Part shown: piece after piece, positions 45,231 through 58,045 of the stretch | How the letters are laid out: each line of letters opens with the position of its first letter | Position numbering within the stretch: the first letter of the stretch is position 1 | Assembly: GCA_001179505.1 (NCBI GenBank) | Contig: CDMY01000424.1 | Location: forward strand, 1-64,000 | Origin: Vitrella brassicaformis CCMP3155 | Taxonomy: Eukaryota; Protista; Chromerida | DNA: 64,000 nt | Reading direction: 5' to 3' | Notes under the pieces: generated by a model | Database searches by the model: none | Seen by the model: the letters and a program-made list of their open reading frames with translations, nothing else | Told to the model about the DNA's origin: nothing | Made by a program: the position numbers and the translations under genes

Positions 45231-46697
45231 GGTGGACTTTCACTCTGTCTACGATGGAGGGAAGTTGACCGAGTCGGCCTGTTGGTTGGGAGCGCTGTGC
45301 TCTTGTGCTGCTGTGGTGTCTTGTCTGTGGCCTTTTCTGAGAGAGAGAGAGAGAGAGAGGGAGAGAGGAAGGAGTGTCTGTCTGCTTGCCTGTTCACCTG
45401 TTTGTCCGTTGTCATGCCATTGGTTATCTCATGCTCATACGAGGGTCGCAAGTGGCCCAGCCACCGAAAGCACCATCAAAACATGCTGCTGCGATTGACT
45501 GGGGCCCTCTCTCCCTCACCCCATCCATTCACCACCAACACCTTTTGTAAGATAGCTCACGTACTCTCTCACGTGCTTTCCCCACACACAGGACACATCA
45601 CACCACACCAGAGAGGCGTATGCATGTGCGTGCCGTGCTAAATTGACTGACCGGCTGGCCGTGCGTGGCGTGGCGTGGCGTGGCGTGGCGTGGATGGATG
45701 GATGGATAGGACGTATATGCGATCGAATGATGGATGGCCCAGCTGTCGGTGCCCTCCACCTGTGGCAGGGTGGCGTCACGCGCTGCCACACACCGTGCTG
45801 AGAGGCGTCGTTTGTCTGTTGGTATTTGGTGTGGCGGCACGGAGCTTTCTTTCTCGGAGACCGTCGCCAGGGAGGGCGGTTTGGCTGCTGAGTGGTGGGT
45901 CGGTGCATGCAGGGATGAACATACATACATACATGCATACATGCATACTTACACACCACACAGGGGTGGGTGAGAGGATGGGTGGGTGGACGCCAGAACA
46001 TGACACGAGACGCGCAGGCAGGGGCAATGTGGGCGTGTGTGCCGGGGGGTGACACAGCAAACTGAGCGGTTCTGTCTGGATGAACCGCCAACTTTTTGAG
46101 CATGTCGCAACACACGGGTAGATTTGACTGCCATGGACTACAGCCGATAGATACCTGGTTGAGACATACTTCTGAGTTCGCATGACATATACATACATAT
46201 GCAAATGTGTTGTACATACAAAGCTGCGTACATCCACGTGTGTGTGAGACTCGATCTACTATGCTCTTCCTGACCGGATGGCTGGCTGGCTGGCTGACTT
46301 ACACACTCGATTGGAGTGTGTGAGATGAGTCGAGTAACACGTGTTTGTGGGGTGGTGGACTTTCACTCTGTCTACGATGGAGGGAAGTTGACCGAGTCGG
46401 CCTGTTGGTTGGGAGCGCTGTGCTCTTGTGCTGCTGTGGTGTCTTGTCTGTGGCCTTTTCTGAGAGAGAGAGAGAGAGAGAGGGAGAGAGGAGGGAGTGT
46501 CTGTCTGGTTGCCTGTTCACCTGTTTGTCCGTTGTCATGCCATTGGTTATCTCATGCTCATACGAGGGTCGCAAGTGGCCCAGCCACCGAAAGCACCATC
46601 AAAACATGCTGCTGCGATTGACTGGGGCCCTCTCTCCCTCACCCCATCCATTCACCAGCCACACCTTTTGTAAGATAGCTCACGTACTATCTCACGT
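45231..46697. repeat. ~345-bp direct repeat pair (45231-45576 and 46354-46697)
   Basis: Near-identical from GGTGGACTTTCACTCTGTC to TAGCTCACGTACT.TCTCACGTG. Confidence 0.9.
46125..46190 (+). pseudogene. Remnant of the 3' end of the isomerase gene
   Basis: CCATGGACTACAGCCGATAGATACCTGGTTGAGACATACTTCTGAGTTCGCATGACA versus CCATGCTCTACAGCCGACACCTGGTTAAGACATACTTCTGAGTTTGCATGACA at ~42893-42945; frameshifted with a stop. Confidence 0.75.
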
Positions 46698-49605
46698 GTT
46701 TGTAATTGGCGTGGCGTGGATGGATGGATAGGAGCTCACTCACCTAGGGATGCCCAGTGGGGAGTGAGTGAAGAGAGGGTCCTGATTGATGGTGGGTGAG
46801 TGAGGGACACAGAATATGCCTGGTGAGGGCCATGGCCATCTCGTTCACTCAACCCCCCATTTCAGTTGCTGATGGTTAAAATTCGTCATCGATGGTGGTG
46901 CGCGTGTTGCGACTACTGACAGATGGGATACATGGTGTTGACGGCAGACTTGTGTCCATATACGTGTGTGTCTGAAGGCCATGATGATTGGTCCTTGCAT
47001 GGATCCATGCACCGTGTGTGATCATGCACACAACACCCATACGGACACACACAGGCCGACGTGCCAGGCTTGGCAACCCTGGCTGGCCACACGAGCCCAT
47101 GCGATCCTCAGCCGAGCCCGCGGCTGGGGCTCGAACACACCCAAATTCTACCACTAGACACCCTGACTGGCTACAGATGCTCGGATGGACACATCGATGT
47201 ATCTAGAGACACCCAGATCGGATCAGACAGACACGCACTGTATGTGGTGTGCTGTTGGCTTATCACGGGGTCTCAGGCCATCACAGCCGCACCGCTACAA
47301 GTAGTGTGTGAGAAGAATGTAGTTGATACAGTCTGTCTGTCTGCCTGCCTCGCCTCGGCGCACACCGACATGCACCGAAATGACCGACAAAAACGACTTA
47401 GGGTGTAGGGTTTGGGCAGCCACTCATCCATACACTCGAGTAACCAATATCGATACACTCCACTCCATCCATCCATCCATCCAAACAAACAAATTAACAA
47501 ACAAACAAAAAACAAACAGGACGCACACAGACAGCGAGATAGAGAGAGAGACAGACAGACACGGACGAACAAAGACAAGAGACCCACTCCCCCCCTCCCA
47601 CACCCTCATGTAATGGCACGAACGGGTGCACAGGCGAAAGAGGCCGGCAACAGCGAATGGAGCGATCAATAGACTCGTACGCACAGCCGGGCAGACAGAC
47701 AGGGAGACAGACAGACAGATTAGATACACTATCACTCTTTGTCTGCCCGGCCTACGTGCAATACATGCNNNNNNNNNNNNNNNNNNNNNNNNNNNNNNNN
47801 NNNNNNNNNNNNNNNNNNNNNNNNNNNNNNNNNNNNNNNNNNNNNNNNNNNNNNNNNNNNNNNNNNNNNNNNNNNNNNNNNNNNNNNNNNNNNNNNNNNN
47901 NNNNNNNNNNNNNNNNNNNNNNNNNNNNNNNNNNNNNNNNNNNNNNNNNNNNNNNNNNNNNNNNNNNNNNNNNNNNNNNNNNNNNNNNNNNNNNNNNNNN
48001 NNNNNNNNNNNNNNNNNNNNNNNNNNNNNNNNNNNNNNNNNNNNNNNNNNNNNNNNNNNNNNNNNNNNCAGCCCAGCCCAGTATGCACACCACGAACAGG
48101 CCAGGCAGAGAGAGCAATCCATCCATCCATCCATTCTCGTGTCAGTCAAGCACCCCCCCTCCCTCCCTCCCTCCCTCCCTTTGTTCCCATGACTGACTAG
48201 TGTCCATCCAGTACACATAGACAGATAGCGGTCAGTCGGTGGTGCATTCGATCAACAGCAGCAGCAGCAGCCGCCGCCTGTCTTTCGATTATCGACCCAG
48301 AGCTCGGTCGCCGGCAGGCAGCACTCGATCCATACGGCATGCAGGCATGCATGGCCACACCGTGGCACCGTATCGCCAAGCAAAAGACCCACCCTGCAGC
48401 ACCACACAGCACACTCATCGGCTAACTAGACAAACTCCCTCCTCTCTCTCTCCCTCCTTCCCTCCCCCCCGAATTCATCTCAATCAGAACACAAAAGCGG
48501 TCATCCACACAGACGCACTCACGCATTCACTCGAAGCAAAAACGGCATAGGGGTCCAGTCAAGTCAACAGCCTGCCAGCCCGCCAGCGTGAGCGATTCCC
48601 CACCTCTCCGTCCCTCACGCACAGACATCCATACATCCATCCATCCATGGGGGTGCCTCATGAGTGCAGGCAGGCAGCAGCAGCAGCAGCAGCAGCCCAC
48701 GAGACAGGTCGGTCCATCCATCCATCCATGTAGCACCACACCACACCACAGCACCACGGTAAATGAACCATCGTCCGTCGGTCGGCCGGTCAGGCGCAAT
48801 GGATGCACAACGAGCTGAGCTAGTCATCCATCCATCCATCCCAGCTATGCGTCATGTGTGTCCATTCGATCATTCAGACATGCGAAATCACCCATGTGGT
48901 TTGTGTACGCGTGAGTGGGTAGGGGGGGGAGAGTGCAGCAGTTGGGGGCCATCGGAGAAAGCGAGACAGCCGCCAACCATTGACGGTAGACGTGTGCAAT
49001 CAAGCCATTTCATTCAAAGTGGGAAAATACAAAAAAATCATAGTGCGTGCATCCATTCGCCATCCATCCATCCATCCGTCGACCGACCGACCAGCCATCC
49101 ATCCATCCATCCACAACAAGAGGCCAAAACTCACGACAAGATAGCTTGATTGGTCCCAACCTTATGTGGGTGAGGAGCTATCCAAAGAGACAAAAAGAGG
49201 CTCCATGCAATCAACGCTTTGCTGCCGTGCTGTCTGTCTGTTGTGGTGTGTACATATGTGTGGGCAATAAGGGCATTCTTTCATGCATATCATGTCATGT
49301 CAGGTATCAAAGGAGGGGAGGGGTAAAGGCACAGCACACTATCACCTGTAAGTATACTTACGGGTACCCGCCGGTACATGTAAGTAGTGCATGCATGGGG
49401 AGCAAGTGGGCAAGTCAGTGAGTCAGTCGAGTGCACAACCAACGAAGGAGTGCTATTCCTCTAACACGTACGTGCGTACGCTTAATTACACCATCAGCAG
49501 CGACACACACACAACCAACCAACCAATCAACCCAGCGCGACAACACGACACGACACGGCACACCATGGGCAGCAGAGAGAGAGGGAGCGACGAGCGAAAA
49601 AGTTA

Positions 49606-49844
49606 GGTGGGCGGTGGGTGTGGGTGTACGTACCCAATGCACCATCCCATCTGCTGTGAGTAACGAATGGCCAACAAACCGGTGGGCGGTGGGTGTGGGT
49701 GAAAAAGTTGCGTACCCAATGCACCATGCCATCTGCTGTGAGTAACGAATGGCCAACAAACCGGTGGGCGGTGGGTGTGGGTGAAAAAGTTACGTACCCA
49801 ATGCACCATCCCATCTGCTGTGAGTAACGAATGGCCAACAAACC
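49606..49844. repeat. Minisatellite, three tandem units of ~75-82 bp
   Basis: Unit GGTGGGCGGTGGGTGTGGGTG(AAAAAGTT)...CGTACCCAATGCACCAT.CCATCTGCTGTGAGTAACGAATGGCCAACAAACC; no unique spacers. Confidence 0.9.
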
Positions 49845-50673
49845 AACAAAGTTACGACGAATGCACGGATCCATGGAACAAACCAACAACCATCAACCGG
49901 AGAGAGAGCGAGAGAGAGCGATGCACTTACAAGTCACCCAGCTGTCTGGCCGCCTGTGTAAGGCGGAAAAAGAGTGTGCGGTGAGGCGAGACACAACAAA
50001 CATGTCTCGCTCGCTCGCTCGCTCGTCACGGCTCTTGTGCGGTGGATATGTGTACACATTATACATAGCCACGAATAGCAATGATACAGATGTGTGTGTG
50101 TGTGTGTGTGTGTGTATGATGGTGTGATATATATGCGATCATATGTGGCCTCATGACCCAAAAAATATACACCCCACACACACATTCCACTCACTCACCT
50201 GCTGACTTCCTCCCCGCCCCGCCCCCCCGCTGCACGAGAAATCAATGAATGAATCAAATGAAAAGTATGCATGCATGCATACAACTGCGGACCCACGCAC
50301 GCGCACACTCATGCAAATGTCATGTAGTATAGTGTAGCACTAGGGGCATGTACGTATGTACGTACACATACATGTACTCATGCATGTAAACCATCCACGT
50401 CACTCACTCACTCACTCACACACCACTACCCACCACCCACACACCCACGAAAGTCAGCCAGTCAGTCAGTCAGTCGCCAAGTGCCTGTTACAAAACGATG
50501 ACACCACAGCACAGCAGGCAGACAGGCAGCCAGATATACAGGTTCGCAGGTCCGCAGGTCGACAGGTATACTGACATACAACATATGGCTATCCATCCAC
50601 GCTATCACATCCACTTGCGATCGATCCATCGGCCCCGCATGCATGCGATCGATCATATCATCACCATCACTCA

Positions 50674-53600
50674 TCACTCCTCGTCGCCCTCGTCCACCCG
50701 TGTCAGGATCGACAGCTGCCTGCTCGCAGCAATAGCCCGCTTCAGTGCTCGGGGGGACACCCTTGCTCGCCCCCGCTCGCCGGCCAGCGCCACACATGAG
50801 GTGAAGACGTCGTGTGCACTGGGCCACTCCGCGCGCCTCAGATCCTCCTGCAGATGGGCCGTGGAGATCATCAGGTGCTCGCGGGGCTCGTGTGTGGGGC
50901 ACCAGTGAGAGGTAAAGCGCTGCAGACAGACAGAAAGAGGGATGTGTGTGGAGAGCATTTCGTGGTATGTGTGTGTGCTCGGGTCGGTGGCGTGCGTACT
51001 GTACGTACCTGTACAAGTGGCATGAGTGGGTAGAGAGGTGATGCCGCGCCCCTCTTCTTGATGGTGGCGAGGAATTGGTCCATCGACACCGGCTTCATCG
51101 GCACACCCAAGTCGCCGAGCCAACGCTCGCGCTCAGAACTGATCGGTCGTCAAAACACAAACAGGTACGTACACACAAACAATTAGTGCACTCACTCTGC
51201 CGTCCGTGTTGTGTTGCCTGCCTCTATCTAGTGTGTGCTGTAAATAATGTGTCCGTACTTGGTGATGAGCTGTGGGTTGGCGAGATGGTAGACCCAATGG
51301 CGACGGTTCTCGGTCAAACACAGCCGGGCCTGCACAGACAAGACATGGAAGAAGAACAACGAATGCATCCATCCACTCACTCACTCGTGTAGGCACACTC
51401 TCTCCTCTCACCATCATGGCAGCGACGACATCGACGGGCGTCCCACCCAGAGGCGCTGTCACGACGGGCGGCATCTCCCCCTCCTGGAGCATGGCCATCA
51501 TCATTGCCCCGCCCACGTCCCTCTCGTCCACGTAGCCCGTCATCAGGCTCGTCATGCCGCTCGGCACGCGGTAGATGGTGCAGGGCAGGCCCCTCGCCCG
51601 CGCCTTCTTGAGCACCTGCTCCGTCGACCAGTTGGTCCACGGGAGGCCGAATTGCTCGGGCGGGCTGACCTCGCGCAGGCGCTTGGTGTCGAGGGTGCTG
51701 GCCTCGCGGAGCTCCTTGCCGTGGCCAAGGACGAACTCGGGGAAGAGGGTGAGGGACGACACAAAGTGGAGGGGCTTGAGCTTGCTTGTGGTGCAGAGCC
51801 GCACGATCTCCTTCATCGCGAACGTGTTCTCGCGCAGGCGGTCGTAGCTCTGCATGAACGACTGGCCGTTGGTGAAGCCCGTGTGGAAGACCAGGTCGAT
51901 CCGCTCGCACAGCTCGGCAAAGAAGTGCTCGGCCAGGTGGTTGGGCTTGAGGCCGAGATGCCGCCGCGTCACGTGGCCGGGCACGATCATCAGGCGGCTC
52001 TGGTACTCGTCGTTCCAGATGCCCGCTTCCTGGCACGCCTCACGCACCTGCCGCAGACCCTCCTCGTCGCTGTTGGTCTGCACCAGGCAATGCACCGTCA
52101 GCTGCTCCTTGGCCTGCAGCAGCGCCACGGTGAGGAACCGGCCCACTGCTGACGTCGCATCCGTCACGAGCACGTNNNNNNNNNNNNNNNNNNNNNNNNN
52201 NNNNNNNNNNNNNNNNNNNNNNNNNNNNNNNNNNNNNNNNNNNNNNNNNNNNNNNNNNNNNNNNNNNNNNNNNNNNNNNNNNNNNNNNNNNNNNNNNNNN
52301 NNNNNNNNNNNNNNNNNNNNNNNNNNNNNNNNNNNNNNNNNNNNNNNNNNNNNNNNNNNNNNNNNNNNNNNNNNNNNNNNNNNNNNNNNNNNNNNNNNNN
52401 NNNNNNNNNNNNNNNNNNNNNNNNNNNNNNNNNNNNNNNNNNNNNNNNNNNNNNNNNNNNNNNNNNNNNNNNNNNATTGCCATCATCAGCGCCCCGCCCA
52501 CGTGCCTCTCGTCCACGTAGCCCGTCATCAGGCTCGTCATGCCGCTCGGCACTCGGTAGATGGTGCACGGCAGGCCCCTCGCCCGCGCCTTCTTGAGCAC
52601 CTGCTCCGTCGACCAGTTGGTCCACGGGAGGCCGAATTGCTCGGGTGGGCAGACCTCGCGCAGGCGCTTGGTGTCGAGGGTGGTGGCCTCGCGGAGCTCC
52701 TTGCCCTGGCCAAGGACGTACTCGGGGAAGAGGGTGAGGGACGACACAAAGTGGAGGGGCTTGAGCTTGCTGGTGGTGCACAGCCGCACGATCTCCTTCA
52801 TCGCGAAGGTGTTCTCGCGCAGGCGGTCGTAGCTCTGCATGAACGACTGGCCGTTGGCGAAGCCCGTGTGGAAGACCAGGTCGATCCGCTCGCACAGCTC
52901 GGCAAAGAAGTGCTCGGCCAGGTGGTTGGGCTTGAGGCCGAGATGCCGCCGCGTCACGTGGCCGGGCACGATCATCAGCCGGCTCTGGTACTCGTCCTTC
53001 CAGATGCCCGCTTCCTGGCACGCCTCACGCACCTGCCGCAGACCCTCCTCGTCGCTGTTGGTCTGCACCAGGCAATGCACCGTCAGCTGCTCCTTGGCCT
53101 GCAGCAGCGCCACGGTGAGGAACCGGCCCACTGCTGACGTCGCATCCGTCACGAGCACGTGTCTGCTCTTGCGTGGTGGGTGGGGGGGGAGGGCGGGGAG
53201 GGAGGCGACGTCGAACTTGAAGCTCTTGGCGACCTTGTTGACGTCCGTCTCGGGGTCCCTCTTCCTGGTGCCGTCGTCCGTCGCGCTCACCCCGCTGCTG
53301 TCGGGGTTGGTGGCTGCTGTTGAGAAGGGGGCGATGGGGTCCATCACGCCCTCCTGCTCACGTTTGCCCACCAGCTGCCCAGCCAAAGCGTCCAGCGAGG
53401 GGTTGTCGAACATACACGAGGGCGGCAGGTCGATGCCCGTCATCCGCCGCACGTGCTCGCGGAACTCGGTCATGCCGATCGAGTCGAGGCCCAGATCGAG
53501 CAGTCTGCCGACGGGTGACGGCCGCTCCTCCCCACCCACCACCGAGTGGGCGACGGACGCCAGGGCGTCGGCCAGGGCGGTCCTGCCCGTGTCGTTGGTG

Positions 53601-56600
53601 GATGAGGGTCGGAATGAGTCGGTGGGCGATGTGGGCTGCACGGAGGAGGGACTTTTTGTGTCGGTGGAGGAGAGGAAGCTGGAGGGGGTGGCGGTGGAGA
53701 GGGATCGTGTCGAGGCGTCGGTGGACGGGGACGGCGCGTTGCGGGGCGTGTACTTGATCTTGACGGTGTCTGCTGGTGCTGCTGCCGTGCAGAGGTCTTC
53801 GCACCACATGACGCCGCCCTTGCCATTGGCCCGACTTCTTTGGAGCATCTGCTTGGCCTTGCTCCGCTGCATCTTGCCCGAGGTGGTCTTGGGCAGCACG
53901 CGCGGCTTGAGCAGCCAGATCTGCTGCACGGGCAGACCCACCTTCATGCTCGCCGCACGGACCACCTCCTGTGCGATCGTCCGCAGCACCGCGTCCTTGT
54001 CGCCGCACCGATCCGTCGTGCACGCCAGCATCGACACGAACCGATCAAAGCCGCCCTGCCGCCTGGCGCCCCTCTTGCTGAGCAGCGTGTCGTCGTCCAT
54101 GTCGCTCTTGCCCGCCGCCATGGTCAGCGCCTTGACCTTCTCCGGCCGCAGCTCACATGCGATGCCCATGCCCTCTCCCTGCTCGCTGTCGACAGGGAAA
54201 GCCGCGCAGCAGCCGGGTCGCACGACGTCACACTTGGCCTCGATGGCCTCCTCAATGTCCTGCGGGATGTACCTGTGTGAATGAAAAGGAAAGCACACAC
54301 ATCAGATCAGCAGGAGGAAGGATTATGCCCCCATATCTCTGTCTGTCTGTCTGATCCGCTCACTCACTTGCGCCCCCTGACGATGATCATGTCCTTGGCG
54401 CGGCCGGCGATGAAGAGCTCGCCCTTGTAGAGGAACCCCGTGTCGCCGGTGCGCAGGAAGGGCCCTTCGTGCTTGGGTGCGTTGGTGGTGCCCGAAAGGG
54501 TGGCCTGGAACGTCTGGCGTGTCTGCTCCGCTAGACCGAGGTAGCCCTGGGCCATGGAAGGGGATGACAGCCACACCTCTCCCACGTGGCCCTCGGGCAG
54601 CGGCTGGTGGGTGGACGAATCCACAATCGCAACTGATGGATGGATGGATAAGGGAAAAAGGAGAGCACATGAATGAGGGCAGCTCGGTGGTTCTGAGTAG
54701 CTATCGTGTGTGTGTGTGTGTGTGTGTTGTGTGTATGCCGACTTATGTGAGTCGGCATACCTGTTGTGTCGTTGACAGGGAGTCTGTTGCCGATGATGAT
54801 CTTGCGCTCCGACCCCTCCGTCCAGCTGGGGCCGAATCCATACCACTCCTCCTCGATCCGAACATTGCCCTGACGTATACGATCGATACAAGCACACACA
54901 CGGCAAGGCAAACGATCAGACACGTGTCCATCCCATCGATGCCTGGCCTGGGTGCATCGCATCGCATCGCATCCTACGTTGATCTCTATCTCTAGAGCGT
55001 TGATCGACAGCACCAGCGGCTCTGTGTCGAGGGTTGGCCGTCTGCCGGTGGCCACCAGGGTGTTCTCAGCCAACCCAAACGCAGGCAAGAATGTGCTGGG
55101 GCGCACACCAACCTCTCGGAACGTCTGCGCACACACATACACATCACACATGAGAGAGTGGCGTGGTGAGAGGGAAGTCAGCTGAGGGTTCCCTCACATC
55201 GATGAAGTTCTTGATGGACGAGTATCTGAGCGGCTCTGCCCCGCACAGGAAGCCGGCCACCTTGCTGAGGTCGAGTGACTTCCTAATGTCCTCAGGCGTC
55301 TTGCGGCTGACCAGGTCGTAGGCGAAGTTCTGATGATGATTGACACAAGTTTGCAGATACCGATCATCCTGTCAGAGCTCTAACGATGTCGCAAGGGCTT
55401 ACGGGAGCTGCCGTGGCGTGGCACTGCCACTTGGTCATGCCCTGCAGCCACAACCAGGGCCGACGCACGAAGTCCAGCGGGGACATCATGATCAGCTCGC
55501 TGCCGAAGAAGAGAGTGCCACCCACCAGACCAATCAGACCTGATAAGAAGAGAAGAAAAGACAAAGTAAGTGGGTCTCAGTGCGGTGCGTGCATCTCATT
55601 CCTCATCTATGCGATGCGATGACCGTACCCATGTCATGATAGACGGGCAGCCAGCTGAACGAGCGTATGTTCTGCCCCAGCACACTCCGACACTGAATCT
55701 GCCTCTTGTACCACCATCTCACGAAGTCGCGCATTGGCCGATCATACAGCGGGACGAAGGGCTCCTCGCTGCCGTCGGCCTCCCCTCCGCTGTCCTTCCT
55801 GAGGTCGTGCTTGGTGCGGTAATCGTCTCGTGGGTCGAACGCGTAATTAGCCACACAGAGATGGGTGTTGCTGAAGTCCACAAGCACATAGACAGTGCAC
55901 AGTGAATAACGCATCCGTCACGGCACGCATCGTGTCGTGTGCACAGCTGGCCCAGCCTCTTACTGCAGGAGATTGCCGTGTGAGACCATGACGCCCTTGG
56001 GGTGGTTGGTGGACCCCGAGGTGAACTGCAGGAAGGCCACCTGGGTGTGGGGGATGTGGGAGGGGAGAGGGGGGAGGGACGGGCCGTGGCCGTTCTTGGA
56101 GGCCCTGTCGATGAGCTCCTGCGAGCTGAACCACCGCAAGTTGCGCCACTCCTTGCGCACCTCGTCGGTCAGCTCGTTCTCCTTGGCGGCCGGCGGCGGT
56201 GTGTGGCCGCTGTGGGCGGATGCGGGGGGCGTGTGGAGGTGGGCGGCCATGGACGAGGGGCAGTGGCTGTGGAGGGTGAGCTTGCAGTTGAGGCCGTGAA
56301 GAATGCGCTGATAGAAATTGTTGGTCAGGCACGCCTGGGCCTTGACCGTCGAAGCGATCCGCGTGAAACGGGGAAGGTCCGTGCTCAACTGAATGAACGA
56401 ATGACAGACAGACAGACAGACATGAATACACACATGTGCGAGCAACCGATGCAATGCTGGTCTTCCGTGGAGATTTATTCACTTTCCTACCTTGGATGGA
56501 TCAGGTGGGTAGACGGGGACGGCGACAACCCCACTGTACAGGCACGCGAAGAACGCCACGATAAAGTCGATGCCCGGCGGATAGCACAGCAGCACCGTCG

Positions 56601-57096
56601 CAGGCTTGCCATCCTGACCCCGATCCACCAGCAGCAGCAGCTGCCGCCCCAGCGCCTCGGCCCGCCGATGCAGCTCCTGATAGCTGATAGCCGACTCGAC
56701 CGATCCGTCCACCTTGAGGAAGCGGACGGCATTGACGGATGGCTGCACACGGGCCCAGTAGGAGATCAGCCGCCGGATTGCGGGACCGTCCTCGGGCACC
56801 TCCGTCGGCGCGCCGTCGCCACATGGCCACCAGCACCCCTCGGCGTAGAAGTCATACAGCCCGGCCGGCTCGCTGGGCTCCGCTGGCCGCTGGTGTGCTG
56901 GGGGGTGGGGGGATGATTCTCGGCGGATGGAGGACGACGAGTCGCTGCTGGGTTGGGCGAGGGGGGGCAGGAGGGAGCTGGATGGGGAGGGGCAGGGCGG
57001 GCTGCCGGCCGCGGTAGTCGTGGTCTTGGATGTGGCCTTGGGCATGTCAGGCAGGGCGCTCTCGGCCTTGGCGGCCACAGCAACGCCGAGAGGCAT
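50674..57096 (-). CDS. NRPS-like fatty acyl-AMP ligase - acyl carrier - terminal reductase-like (FAAL-ACP-R) protein
   Basis: FLQFTSGSTNHPKGVMVSHGNL, SWLPVYHDM, P|NFAYDL, CGAEP, FGLAENTL, LRTGDTGF, GRAKDMII; ACP motif LGLDSI; SDR-like domain with VPGHVT, VFHTG, LHFVSS, IYRVP, VYHLANP. The reductase segment is duplicated around an N gap. Confidence 0.9.
51490..53160. repeat. ~0.69-kb imperfect duplication of the reductase exon around a 300-N gap
   Basis: The two translations differ at about 8 residues (N/K, T/A, F/Y, H/Q, S/T, S/C, D/H, M/L). Confidence 0.85.
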
Positions 57097-57811
57097 ATGC
57101 CTCGACGACCTCACAGAGATCGCCAAAAACGACACAGAGAGTGAGTCAAAACGCAAAAACGTACACGCAGTCTCACTCGAGCAGTCAGCGCAGTCAGTTA
57201 CCAGGCAAGCACTGAGTCAGAGGAGAAAAAGGATCACTCTCTCTGTCGTGAATCAATCAAGTGGCCAGGCAGTCAGTCAGACAGTCAGTGAGTAAGTGCG
57301 TCAGTCAGTCACAGCTGATGATGCGACACGCTGAAGCCGACAGACGGCGTGTAGACAGATAGAGAGAGATAGAGAGAGATAGATAGCGAAAAAAGAGTCG
57401 TCGGGTGTGGAGGGACTCTCCACTCCCAGGTCAGCCAGTGCGTCACCGGACTCGTCTGTCGCTAGACAACGGGACGTGAAATCAGCGCGACCTGAGGGAG
57501 CAGCCGTCTGAGGGAGATCGCGAGACCGAAAGCTCGCAAGCTCGCATCTATTCTATTGGCTCGCGTGAAAGAAGTCCGCGCATCACCCGCAAACTGATGT
57601 GTTAAGAGAGAAGTGAGCAGCAGCAGCAGCGCCTGGATCAGCCGGTTTTTCTTTTCCCTCTCCGGTGTCCTCTCTTTTCTCTCGGCAGACAGCGCGCCTC
57701 TCCTCTCGCCTCACAACCCCCAGCTGTCTCGGACCGGCTGCCACATCAAATATATCTCCTTCATGATGGCACGCGCAGTGTGTGGCATCCATTGCTCTTC
57801 GAAAGCTTGAG

Positions 57812-58006
57812 ATGGAGATCCTGCCTGTTAAGTTGTGTGCGCAAGGGAGCATCTCTCTCGCTGGGCCGCCAGCCTCAACAGGCGAGGCGACGCTGACTGA
57901 CCTCGCCGTAGATCTGGCTTGCATGGTAAGCCACAAAGCACGACAACGAGTTGGTGTCCATGAGTTCCATGCGTTCTCTCTTCTGTTACGGTCCCGTGCG
58001 TTCTCT

Positions 58007-58045
<39 letters not shown>

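Noticed and set aside
47398-47412. Telomere-like TTAGGGTGTAGGGTTT
   Set aside because: Only two degenerate units, so not an interstitial telomere array.
49606-49844. CRISPR-like array
   Set aside because: Units are contiguous with no unique spacers, there are no cas genes, and the context is eukaryotic.
43000-50600. Many short ORFs and ORFs running through N gaps
   Set aside because: Translations are dominated by microsatellite-derived CV/TH/SL runs or X, with no coherent exon chain.
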